Origin: Nanobdellota archaeon
GTDB lineage: Archaea; Nanobdellota; Nanobdellia; Woesearchaeales; GW2011-AR9
Length of the DNA: 61,258 nt
NCBI GenBank assembly: GCA_040751885.1
Contig: JBFMFP010000001.1
Location: forward strand, 1-61,258
Direction of reading: 5' to 3'
The notes below the pieces were generated by a model. That model did no database searches. It had not been told where the DNA came from and worked only from the letters and a program-made list of their open reading frames with translations. The first letter of the stretch is position 1; each line of letters opens with the position of its first letter. This document shows positions 37,577 through 45,983 of the stretch, piece by piece. The position numbers and the translations under genes are program-made.

Positions 37577-40149
37577 TTTCGTTCACCGGTAATATTTAAG
37601 ATAATTCCTTTTACATCAATCAAGCCGTTTTTGGTTTTAGTCACGTCTAAAGCATCCTCTCCGTAAGCAAACTGAACTATTCTTTCGCTGGCATCACGCA
37701 CAGAGCCATCATAAGATACTTTTAAATCCTGCATGGCATTGGACAGCCTTCTGTAAAGGTACCCTGATTTAGGCGTTCTGAGCGCTGTGTCCATGAGCGC
37801 GTCCCTTCCCGTCATGGCTCCAAAGAAAAATTCTGCAGGGGTCAGCCCGGTTTTAAAATTGTTAGTGATAAAGCCCCTTGCTTTTGGGCTTAGATCCCCT
37901 TCTTTGAAATAGGAAAGTGTCCTGCCGGTGAAACCAGTTTCAATTCTCTTCCCACGCAGGGCCTGCTGCCCAACCAAAGCAGTCATTTGGGCAATGTTTA
38001 AGGGATTTCCACGGGAGCCGCATTTAGCCATAGTTAAAGCTGTACTTTCACGGCTCTGGCGTATGGCTACATCCCCACTTTTGTTACGCGCCCGATTGAG
38101 CACTTCCAAAATCCGCAACTCTAATGTCTCTGCAGTAGTCCTCCCGGGCAGGGCTTCTAACTTACCAGAATAGAAGTGCTCTATAAACTCAAGAGCTTCC
38201 TGCTCAGATTTCCTGATGATATTATTGATCTCCTGTTTCGTTTCGGGAAGCAGATCCAAATCTCCTGTCCCTATGGAAAACCCGCGCCTGGCCAAAACAG
38301 CTATTCCCAGCTTGGAGATCTTGCCCAAAACGTCAACTGTATATGCCGGACCATACTTCTCGTAAATGTTTCTGAGCATTAACCCGCTTTCCTGTCCCAG
38401 GTTAGCTTTATCCATCAAACCTGACTTCAGCATCCCATTGACTATTCTGACTTCATTGTCACTTTTGTCTTTACCAACAAAGTTGAAATCCTTTGGCAGC
38501 AATACTGAAAAAACCTCCTTCCCGTCAATCTTTTCTTTGTGCGGCAGGGCGGAGAAGTCTTCAATCCCACAGGTATATAACAGGTCTATAGCTTCTTCAC
38601 GCGTTAATACCAGCTCCTTTGTCAGCAAATAGTTTCCGGTGATAGCATCGTGAATGCATCCAACTACGCTTAGTCCATACCTTGGGCTGATGATTTGTGT
38701 TTCTACAAGCATAAGAATCCTTGCTTCTGCACGCGCTTCTTCATTTTGGGGAATGTGCAGGTTCATTTCGTCCCCGTCAAAGTCAGCATTGTAAGGGTTA
38801 CATACAGCAGGATTCAGACGGAAGGTCCTTCCCGGAAGAACTTTTACCAGGTGGCACATCATGCTCATTCTGTGCAGGGAAGGCTGCCTGTTGAACAAAG
38901 CAATATCTCCATCCACCAAATGCCTTTCTACAATGTACTCTTCCTTCAGCTCTTCAAGAATCTCCTCTTTAGTTTCTTCAGTAATTGTTTTTCTCCTTCT
39001 GTCAGGCTTAATGATGTAATTTGCACCAGGATATTTTTTGGGCCCGTTTTCCACCAGTTTGCGCAAGTATTCTTTATTCCATTCGGTAATTCTTTCAGGT
39101 ATGGTCAAATGCATTGCCATGCTCCGGGGCACGCCAACCTCGTTAAGTGCTATCAAAGGATCGGGGCTGATTACTGTACGCGCGGAAAAATCAGTCCTTT
39201 TACCGGCAAGGTTATGCCTTATTCTTCCTTCCTTGCTCTTAATCCGCTCAGTTAAGGTTTTCAGCGGCTGGCCCCCCCTGTGACGTGCAGGCGGCAGCTG
39301 GGGCACTTCATTGTCAAAGAAGGTAGTAATATGATACTGAAGCAAATCCCATAAATCCTCAATAATGACTTCCGGCGCTCCGGCATTAATGTTCTCAAAA
39401 AGGCGCTGGTTGATACGCACAATGTCTCCTAATTTATGTGTCAAATCATCTTCGCTTCTCTCCCCTGATTCCAGGGTTATGCTCGGCCTCATTGTTACCG
39501 GAGGTATCTGCATTGTAGTTATGACCATCCATTCCGGCCTAAATCCGGAGCCATAACCAAAGGCAGCTAAATCATTATCCTGAATTTTTTCTAAACGGGC
39601 CCTTACTTCAATCGGGCTTAACCTGGTTTCATTCTCATAAAAATTGTAAGGCTTCTCCATCTTTATTTTATCCTGGCTGACATTGCAGTGAGGACATTTC
39701 TCCTTAGCTTTCAGCTTGGAAGTAACGGCCTTAACGGTCTTTATCGCTCCTTTTTTAGCTGCGGACTCCCCTTCTTCAGACTTGTCGGCAGCAGCAATAT
39801 AACGTTTCAATTTTTCTTCGGGAACAAGAATTCTTCCGCAGGACTTGCATGTGGATTTGAGAAGCTCAAAAATCTGGCGGACAAACTTGATGTGGATTAC
39901 CGGCCTGGCCAGCTCAATGTAGCCAAAATGCCCTGGACATTCTTTCAGTTTTTGGTTGCAGGTCTTGCATCTTAGCCCGGGATCAATTACCCCCAGGCGC
40001 AAATCCATTAATCCCCCGTCAACCGGATAACCTTCGCGGTCGTACAATTCCGGCGTGACTATTTTTGCTGCGGAAGCTTCGGAAACCAGTTTCGGAGAGA
40101 AGACACTAAAAGAAATGCAGGCAATTTTTTTATGAACACTGCGAACCAT
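37573..40149 (-). CDS. rpoA1: DNA-directed RNA polymerase subunit A'
   Basis: [12 protein letters not shown] catalytic motif and Zn-binding CKTC...CPGH N-terminus. Confidence 0.95.
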   Translation of the reverse strand: MVRSVHKKIACISFSVFSPKLVSEASAAKIVTPELYDREGYPVDGGLMDLRLGVIDPGLRCKTCNQKLKECPGHFGYIELARPVIHIKFVRQIFELLKSTCKSCGRILVPEEKLKRYIAAADKSEEGESAAKKGAIKTVKAVTSKLKAKEKCPHCNVSQDKIKMEKPYNFYENETRLSPIEVRARLEKIQDNDLAAFGYGSGFRPEWMVITTMQIPPVTMRPSITLESGERSEDDLTHKLGDIVRINQRLFENINAGAPEVIIEDLWDLLQYHITTFFDNEVPQLPPARHRGGQPLKTLTERIKSKEGRIRHNLAGKRTDFSARTVISPDPLIALNEVGVPRSMAMHLTIPERITEWNKEYLRKLVENGPKKYPGANYIIKPDRRRKTITEETKEEILEELKEEYIVERHLVDGDIALFNRQPSLHRMSMMCHLVKVLPGRTFRLNPAVCNPYNADFDGDEMNLHIPQNEEARAEARILMLVETQIISPRYGLSVVGCIHDAITGNYLLTKELVLTREEAIDLLYTCGIEDFSALPHKEKIDGKEVFSVLLPKDFNFVGKDKSDNEVRIVNGMLKSGLMDKANLGQESGLMLRNIYEKYGPAYTVDVLGKISKLGIAVLARRGFSIGTGDLDLLPETKQEINNIIRKSEQEALEFIEHFYSGKLEALPGRTTAETLELRILEVLNRARNKSGDVAIRQSRESTALTMAKCGSRGNPLNIAQMTALVGQQALRGKRIETGFTGRTLSYFKEGDLSPKARGFITNNFKTGLTPAEFFFGAMTGRDALMDTALRTPKSGYLYRRLSNAMQDLKVSYDGSVRDASERIVQFAYGEDALDVTKTKNGLIDVKGIILNITGERK

Positions 40150-40398
40150 TTGTTAAACCCTTATTGTTTTTGTATAGTTTTAGTCTAATTGTTTTTGGTA
40201 TAATTTTAGTCTAATTGTTTTTTGATAGTTTTAGTATAATTTTAGTATAATGATTACTAAGTTTAATTCTCATCTGTGTTTAATTTTCGTCTATGTCTAA
40301 TTTTCACCTGTGTTTAATTTTTGTCTATGTCTAACTTTCATCTAAGTTTAATTTTCATCTAAGTTTAATTTTTATTTATGTCTAACTTTCACCTGTGT
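40150..40398. repeat. 249-bp spacer between rpoB' and rpoA' made of two degenerate tandem-repeat families
   Basis: attgttttt(g)gtata(a/g)ttttagtcta x3, then gtttaattttcatctaa / gtctatgtctaa(c/t)tttcacctgt units. The last unit runs into the rpoB' stop codon (40399-40401). Confidence 0.85.
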
Positions 40399-42204
40399 TT
40401 AATACTTGCTTTTCAAATTTAATTTGGCATACACTCCTAAAGTCCTGATTTCATCAAGCAGCAGCTTAAAGGCATAACTCATTTCAATGTTGGACATTTC
40501 TGAATTCTCACCATATAAAGGAGATAAGGAACGCTCATTTTTGCGGGCGTCATAAAAGCCCATTAATCCTGACTTCTCACATACCGGCACAACTATCTTA
40601 TCCGAGTCAAACCTTTCTTTCAGGAGAAGCGAAGCTCCATGGGCGATAAACGTGTCTTTTTCCATCTCCCCCAGACGCAGGCCCCCTTCTTTGGCTTTAC
40701 CTTCCGTAGGCTGCCTTGTTAGCAATTGTATCGGACCTCTTGCTCTGGACTGCATTTTATTTGCAACCATGTGCCTTAGACGGAGGTAATACATGTTTCC
40801 AACGTAAATTCTCGCCAGCATCCGCTTGCCGCTCCGCCCATCATAAAACGCTTCAGTTCCGTCTTCGTTAAAGCCGAGGCTGAGCAGCTCCTTCCTCAGC
40901 GCTTCTTCCTTCTCGCCTTCAAACAAAGTTCCGTCTACAAATCTTGCGGCCATTGCTCCGACCTTGCCGCTGATTAACTCATTAAGATGGGAAACAGTCA
41001 TTCTTGAAGAAACACCGTGGGGAGTGAAGATCAGATCTGGAACTATCCCTGATTCAGAGAAAGGCATATCCTGCGCCGGAACCAATATTCCCGTTACTCC
41101 TTTTTGCCCGTGCCTGCTGGTGAACTTATCCCCTATCTCAGGCACGCGCTCTTCACGCAACCTGACCTGTACTAATTTATTTCCCTCCTCATTTTCGGTA
41201 AGAAGGACGAAGTCAGCTATTCCTTTCTCGCCATGCCTTAAGATAACAGAACTTTCCCTGCGCACAGCCGCAGAGAGGTTATATTCGTCCATGCTGCTTA
41301 AGAAACGCGGCGGGCTTGTCCTGCCAATAACAACATCCCCTTCGTCAACCGTTGCTTCCGGATAAATGATGCCATCTTCCTCCAGGAAACGGTAATCATG
41401 CTCGCTCCTGTAGCCTTTAATTTCTTTGTCAGGAATTGCCACTTCGTCCATTAATCCACCTGAATATCTTAGTTCATGGGCTTCAACCGGGCGGAAGTAA
41501 GTGCTTCGTGCCAGTCCCCTTTCTACAGAACCCTTCCCAAGGATAACTCCATCTTCCATGTTGTAACCATCATAACACATTACGGCTACAACCATGTTCT
41601 GCCCGGAAGGATGCTGGTCATAATCTGTGATATCGTGCACTTTTGTTTTCAATATAGGATACTGGGGATAATGGAGGATATTGGAATCCATATCCATACG
41701 CAGATGAAAATTAGCTGCGTAAAAGCCCAAGGCCTGTTTCTGGTTTTTACTGCCAATAATCAAGCGGGAAGATTGGTTGTAATTGCCAAAGGGAACCAAA
41801 GCAGTGGTAATGCCGACAATAGCTCCGGGAGTGATTTCCAGATGAGTGTGCTCAGGAGTAAGGCCCTCCTCGGTGTAGGCAATCAAAGTATTCTCCTCTT
41901 CGGCAGCGTCCAAATACTCCACAACCCCCTGCCTGATCAAATCCATCCAGGATATTTCTCCTTCGTTAAGCTGCTTAAGGTGCTTGTCAGTAAGCAAAGG
42001 CTTTCCTTCTTTAACAACTATTAAAGGCCTTCTCGCCCTGCCTTCATCGCTGAGGAGATGAACTTCGTCGGTAGCAGCAAGGTAATGCACATTAACCAGC
42101 TCAGAAACGGCACCTTTTCTGCGCAGGTCTTTAAACTCGCTGACAAACTGCTGGGCATCGTCAACGCTGCCGATAAATTTTGAATTCAAATAGACGTCAG
42201 CCAT
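40399..42204 (-). CDS. rpoB1: DNA-directed RNA polymerase subunit B' (C-terminal half of Rpo2)
   Basis: 601 aa with a GDKFTSRHGQKGV block. Confidence 0.95.
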   Translation of the reverse strand: MADVYLNSKFIGSVDDAQQFVSEFKDLRRKGAVSELVNVHYLAATDEVHLLSDEGRARRPLIVVKEGKPLLTDKHLKQLNEGEISWMDLIRQGVVEYLDAAEEENTLIAYTEEGLTPEHTHLEITPGAIVGITTALVPFGNYNQSSRLIIGSKNQKQALGFYAANFHLRMDMDSNILHYPQYPILKTKVHDITDYDQHPSGQNMVVAVMCYDGYNMEDGVILGKGSVERGLARSTYFRPVEAHELRYSGGLMDEVAIPDKEIKGYRSEHDYRFLEEDGIIYPEATVDEGDVVIGRTSPPRFLSSMDEYNLSAAVRRESSVILRHGEKGIADFVLLTENEEGNKLVQVRLREERVPEIGDKFTSRHGQKGVTGILVPAQDMPFSESGIVPDLIFTPHGVSSRMTVSHLNELISGKVGAMAARFVDGTLFEGEKEEALRKELLSLGFNEDGTEAFYDGRSGKRMLARIYVGNMYYLRLRHMVANKMQSRARGPIQLLTRQPTEGKAKEGGLRLGEMEKDTFIAHGASLLLKERFDSDKIVVPVCEKSGLMGFYDARKNERSLSPLYGENSEMSNIEMSYAFKLLLDEIRTLGVYAKLNLKSKY

Positions 42205-42298
42205 TTTACTTTTGTGTTTTTAGGTTTGTGTTTTTAAGTTTATGCATTTTTAAGTTCATGCTTTTGTTTTTCTTCTTTGATTTTTCATGAAATCGTTA

Positions 42299-42337
42299 GG
42301 CTCGGATACCCACGTTTTCAAACGTGGGAGGAGAGCC
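42299..42337 (-). promoter_or_regulatory. Strong nested hairpin between the rpoB halves
   Basis: ggctc..cccacgtt-ttca-aacgtggg..gagcc: an 8-bp inner stem inside a 5-bp outer stem. Confidence 0.4.
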
Positions 42338-42354
42338 ATTTCCTTCATTAATGT

Positions 42355-42522
42355 TTATTTCTCTACAACAACCAATATTGCTTCATAAAACAAAGCAAAT
42401 AAAGATAATGATACTGAAAATTTGTCTAAACATTCTGTTCCTATTGTTATCAAATATGAATAAACTATCACCATAAACACAAATATCAGTAATCCGATTT
42501 TAAGCGATTTCAACTCTTGCAT
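42355..42522 (-). CDS. 55-aa two-TM small membrane protein inserted between rpoB'' and rpoB'
   Basis: MQELKSLKIGLLIFVFMVIVYSYLITIGTECLDKFSVSLSLFALFYEAILVVVEK. Same strand as the operon and below the ORF-track cut-off. Confidence 0.35.
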   Translation of the reverse strand: MQELKSLKIGLLIFVFMVIVYSYLITIGTECLDKFSVSLSLFALFYEAILVVVEK

Positions 42523-42528
42523 CTTCTA

Positions 42529-42609
42529 TATCACTCCTAATACCTTCAATATCATTAAAATGGCAAGCACGACTAATACTCCCCATCCTAAAATTTCATA
42601 CCACTCCAT
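42529..42609 (-). CDS. 26-aa single-TM micropeptide candidate
   Basis: MEWYEILGWGVLVVLAILMILKVLGV, ending 6 nt upstream of the 55-aa ORF. Confidence 0.2.
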
Positions 42610-42781
42610 TGTTCTCGTCCTCCATTTAGTTTGTAATATTTTCTTTAGGTTTATATTCAAATTTCTTATAATCTGTAACTAAATCGTCTGCTCATTTTAT
42701 CGTCTTTTTTGCACATCATATAACCAATATAACTTGTACATCATATAACCGATACATACACACCGTATAACCGATACAACT

Positions 42782-44254
42782 TCATACGGCTTCTTTCAGT
42801 CCGATATTTTTCAGCTTTTCAACAATTTCCTCTTCATCAACACTTCGTGAAATTGAGCAGAGCATAGCTAAATTTTTTCTCAGCCCGATGTTTGTACCTT
42901 CAGGAGTTTCTATCGGGCATAAGCGCCCAATATGAGTGCAATGCAGTGCGCGGGCTTCAAAATTCTCCTGCGAAGTTGATAAAGGACTGACTACTCTCTG
43001 CAGGTGTGAAACCATGTCTAAATAATTAGTACGGCTCATCCTCTGGGCGATTCCCTGCCTTCCTCCTACCCATTCCCCCGTTGCCATCGAGGAATACAAA
43101 CGGGAAGTAAGCAGTTTGCCGCGGATGATTACCCTTATTGAAGGCAGCTTTCCCCTCTTGATTATCCTCTGGAAGTTGTAAAGTATGTCTCCGACCAGAA
43201 CCTTAAAATTAACCCTGAACAGATCAATAAGAAGATCGCCGCTCATATGCAAACGCTTGTTCATGTAATGGTCTTTGTTGTCTGCAGGCCTTAAGCCATT
43301 GCCGACGTCAATGAATTTTTTTAGCATTTTGCAGAGGTTCTTTGCCTTGGCCAAACGGCTGGAAGAATCAATGCCAACATTTGGCAGAAGGAATTTGTCA
43401 ATGATTTCCTTGGTGCGCTCAACACGTACCTCTTTAGGCTGCGCCACTCCTGTTTTCCTGGCAATGAAATCTATTGCCTCCTCCTGAGTCTTGACATCAA
43501 CAAACTCAAAGAGGTTAAGCAGAGCTTCTTCATAATTCCTCTCCATAGAAATAGCCTTCATGATATTTTCATCTTTAACAATACCCAAAGCTTTGATAAT
43601 CACGATAAGAGGGACTGCTTTCACACGGGTAAAAGTAAGGTAATAAAGGCCATCTTTTTTCCTTTCAAAAGTATGGGGAATCTTATAAGAGCCTTTTACT
43701 GCAAAAAAGCGACCGCTGATCTCAGAACCGTCTTTCTCAACCATGAAATTATTTCCGGCCAGATCTTCCACCGTAACCAATAATTTTTCTGTCCCGTTGA
43801 TAATGAAATATCCCCCGGGGTCGGTAACATCCTCACCGTGCTTAATCAACTCTTCCTGGCTTAAGCCATGCAGATGGCAGTATTTACTCCTCAGCATGAT
43901 GGGGATTTTCCCAATCTCGGCGACAAAATTTTCTCTTTGGATGTCATTGACATAAGTACTGATTTCAAGCTGGATGGGGGCAGAGTAAGAAATCTTCCTT
44001 AAACGAGCTTCCATAGGGAAAATGGGCCTTTTGCTCCCGTCAGCTTCGGTAATTTCCGGCTTGCCTACGGTGACCCGGCCAAAACGAATCTTGAATTTTT
44101 CAATATTATGGGGGATTATTGCCGGCTCGGCTTCCTTGTTTTCTTCTATAACTTCCTGCAGGCCTTTTTCAATCAAATTATTAAATGACTGAATATTGCT
44201 TTCCACAAACTTTTTTTCTTCAAAATATTTTTTGACAAGTATTGACCTATCCAA
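42782..44254 (-). CDS. rpoB2: DNA-directed RNA polymerase subunit B'' (N-terminal half of Rpo2)
   Basis: 490 aa, with an N-terminal Rpo2 protrusion/lobe-like sequence ending in the ...GRLCPIETPEGTNIGL region. Confidence 0.95.
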   Translation of the reverse strand: MDRSILVKKYFEEKKFVESNIQSFNNLIEKGLQEVIEENKEAEPAIIPHNIEKFKIRFGRVTVGKPEITEADGSKRPIFPMEARLRKISYSAPIQLEISTYVNDIQRENFVAEIGKIPIMLRSKYCHLHGLSQEELIKHGEDVTDPGGYFIINGTEKLLVTVEDLAGNNFMVEKDGSEISGRFFAVKGSYKIPHTFERKKDGLYYLTFTRVKAVPLIVIIKALGIVKDENIMKAISMERNYEEALLNLFEFVDVKTQEEAIDFIARKTGVAQPKEVRVERTKEIIDKFLLPNVGIDSSSRLAKAKNLCKMLKKFIDVGNGLRPADNKDHYMNKRLHMSGDLLIDLFRVNFKVLVGDILYNFQRIIKRGKLPSIRVIIRGKLLTSRLYSSMATGEWVGGRQGIAQRMSRTNYLDMVSHLQRVVSPLSTSQENFEARALHCTHIGRLCPIETPEGTNIGLRKNLAMLCSISRSVDEEEIVEKLKNIGLKEAV

Positions 44255-44273
44255 TTTGTCCTCCTTTCCAGCT

Positions 44274-44510
44274 TCATCCTCCTATGACCAGCCTATAGTA
44301 ATAAGTAACGCCGGCAGTTTTGCTGACTCTTTCAATCTTAATAACATCCCCTGCTTTTACACTCAGATGAGCTATAGCTGGATCGTCTTTAAGAATTTTT
44401 GGCAGGGCCTGACCGTTAATATTATACTTTTCAAACAAAGCCTTTTTCTCAGAATCGTTTGCCTTTGTATGCTTGCTTACAAGTTGGTGCTTGGTAATGT
44501 TAAAAGTCAT
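44274..44510 (-). CDS. rpoH: DNA-directed RNA polymerase subunit H (Rpo5)
   Basis: LPKILKDDPAIAHLSVKAGDVIKIERVSKTAG, and position upstream of rpoB''. Confidence 0.85.
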   Translation of the reverse strand: MTFNITKHQLVSKHTKANDSEKKALFEKYNINGQALPKILKDDPAIAHLSVKAGDVIKIERVSKTAGVTYYYRLVIGG

Positions 44511-44562
44511 TTTAAGATAACCATCTAATCTTTCTGATGCCTATTCTTTTCGTAAAGTAAAG

Positions 44563-44786
44563 CGGGCCGGAAGGGACTTTCAAGCTGCAATTCTAATTTA
44601 CGCGGCGGGCTTCATGCCCGCCCTACTCGCCTATCCTCAGAAATACTACGCATTTCTGGGATGTTACAAATCTGATGATTTGAAACAGATTGCTGGCTTT
44701 TGAACCCTCGACCGCTTGATTGCTTTCCTTAAGTTACTTTTTTCAGTTAAAAGTCAAGCGCTCCAGCCAAGCTGAGCTACCGGCCC
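44563..44786 (-). tRNA. tRNA-Lys(UUU) with a 37/38 intron and a 122-nt T-loop intron
   Basis: GGGCCGG-TA-GCTCAGCTTGGCTGGAGC-G-CTTGA-CTTTTA[~27 nt]A-TCAAG-CGGTC-GAGGG-TTCAAA[122 nt]T-CCCTT-CCGGCCC-G. Confidence 0.8.
44577..44698 (-). other. T-loop (59/60) intron, family 2, in tRNA-Lys
   Basis: Same ends and core as 34200-34265, with an extra ~55-nt internal insertion. Confidence 0.75.
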
Positions 44787-44789
44787 AAA

Positions 44790-45004
44790 CGCCCTGGCCG
44801 GGAATTTCACAGATGTCACGCCATCTGAGAGGCGAACCTTCGCTTCGCTCAGGAAGACCGAAACGTGTCTTCTAAGAGGCGAGGCGACTACGCTTCGTCG
44901 CAAGGGCGTGCACTTGCTTTGAACCCGGGTCGAAGCCTTTCTCTAAACCCTCTTCCCACGGGCCTGCGACAGGGCTTCATGCTAGGCCACTACACCACCA
45001 GGGC
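44790..45004 (-). tRNA. tRNA-Asp(GUC) with an anticodon-loop intron and a 114-nt T-loop intron
   Basis: GCCCTGG-TG-GTGTAGTGGCCTAGCAT-G-AAGCC-CTGTCG[~29 nt]-GGCTT-CGAC-CCGGG-TTCAAA[114 nt]T-CCCGG-CCAGGGC-G. Lies 3 nt from tRNA-Lys. Confidence 0.8.
44804..44917 (-). other. T-loop (59/60) intron, family 1, in tRNA-Asp
   Basis: Contains two direct gagaggcga..cgcttcg units. Its ends resemble imperfect inverted repeats (GCAAGTGCACGCC / GGCGTGACATCTGTG). Confidence 0.75.
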
Positions 45005-45378
45005 ATGACAGAGCTTTGCCTACATCCTATTCTTATTTTAAGAGCATTAGATGTAGAAGATTACCTGCCATTTCTCAGCTAAAACTGTGGTCTATTTATA
45101 AACGTTTTGGTGGATTTTTATGAAATGAGCGGAAATTTCTGGGGAAACATTTAAATAAAACAAGAATATTCATACTTGAAAATATTCATACTTAATTCAT
45201 ACTTGAAATCATATTCAGTACTAATTCAGTACTAAAATTTTATTTCGGTATTAAAATCATTTCAGTATTAAAATCTTATAATACCTAGACTTTTGCGCTT
45301 TCCTCACAAAAGCAGAATATCGGTAAGCTTAAAACGCAAAAGTTCAGAATACCCCACAACTATAACGAGGTGTGCAAA

Positions 45379-45630
45379 ATGCCCGAGAAAAAAATCGGAA
45401 AAATAACCCATTTCTTTGACAAAATAAGTGTAGCTGTAGTCAGCCTTTCTGCTGGTCTGAGCGTCGGTGATAAAATCAGAATTGAAGCCGCAGAACCATT
45501 TGAGCAGGTAGTTTCCTCAATGCAGGTAGAGCACAAGCCAATCAAAAAAGCAAAAGCTGGCGATGACGTCGGCTTAAAGACTACAAACCCATGCAAAGAA
45601 GGGGATATTGTTGTTAAATTAGCAGCTTAA
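45379..45630 (+). CDS. Small EF-Tu-domain-2-like beta-barrel protein
   Basis: GKITHFFDKISVAVVSLSAGLSVGDKIRI...KAKAGDDVGLK. GAGGTG lies 6 nt upstream of the ATG at 45379. Confidence 0.6.
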   Translation: MPEKKIGKITHFFDKISVAVVSLSAGLSVGDKIRIEAAEPFEQVVSSMQVEHKPIKKAKAGDDVGLKTTNPCKEGDIVVKLAA

Positions 45631-45983
45631 AAACAGTTTATAATTTCCTAAATTCCCAGAGTTTTAGGGATTAGTATGTCAAAAATGGCTGAAATCTGTT
45701 TTTGCTGTTTGGTCATTTCTTGTGTCACAAGTTCTGTATCGTAGACTTTGCATTTGAGGTTTCTCATTGGTAACGACTGTAAAAATTTTCGGGTGTCTAA
45801 CGGCTTGGCTTAAAAAGAAAGCCAAGAATGTTGTAGAACTAGCTGAGATACTCAATAAACAGGTGTTTGTTAAAAACGCAAAAGCTTAAAATTAAGAAAC
45901 TTTTAAATAAGAGGCTTAATAAACAACACAAAGGTAAACAACACACAACACAAAGGTAAACAACACAAAGTAGGGGAGTGCAT

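Noticed and set aside
40150-40398. Possible CRISPR array
   Set aside because: The units are degenerate, of variable length and directly abutting, with no unique spacers. There is no leader or cas gene nearby.
45660-45780. 39-aa minus-strand ORF (MRNLKCKVYDTELVTQEM...)
   Set aside because: It has no SD and no motif, and lies below any reasonable confidence threshold.
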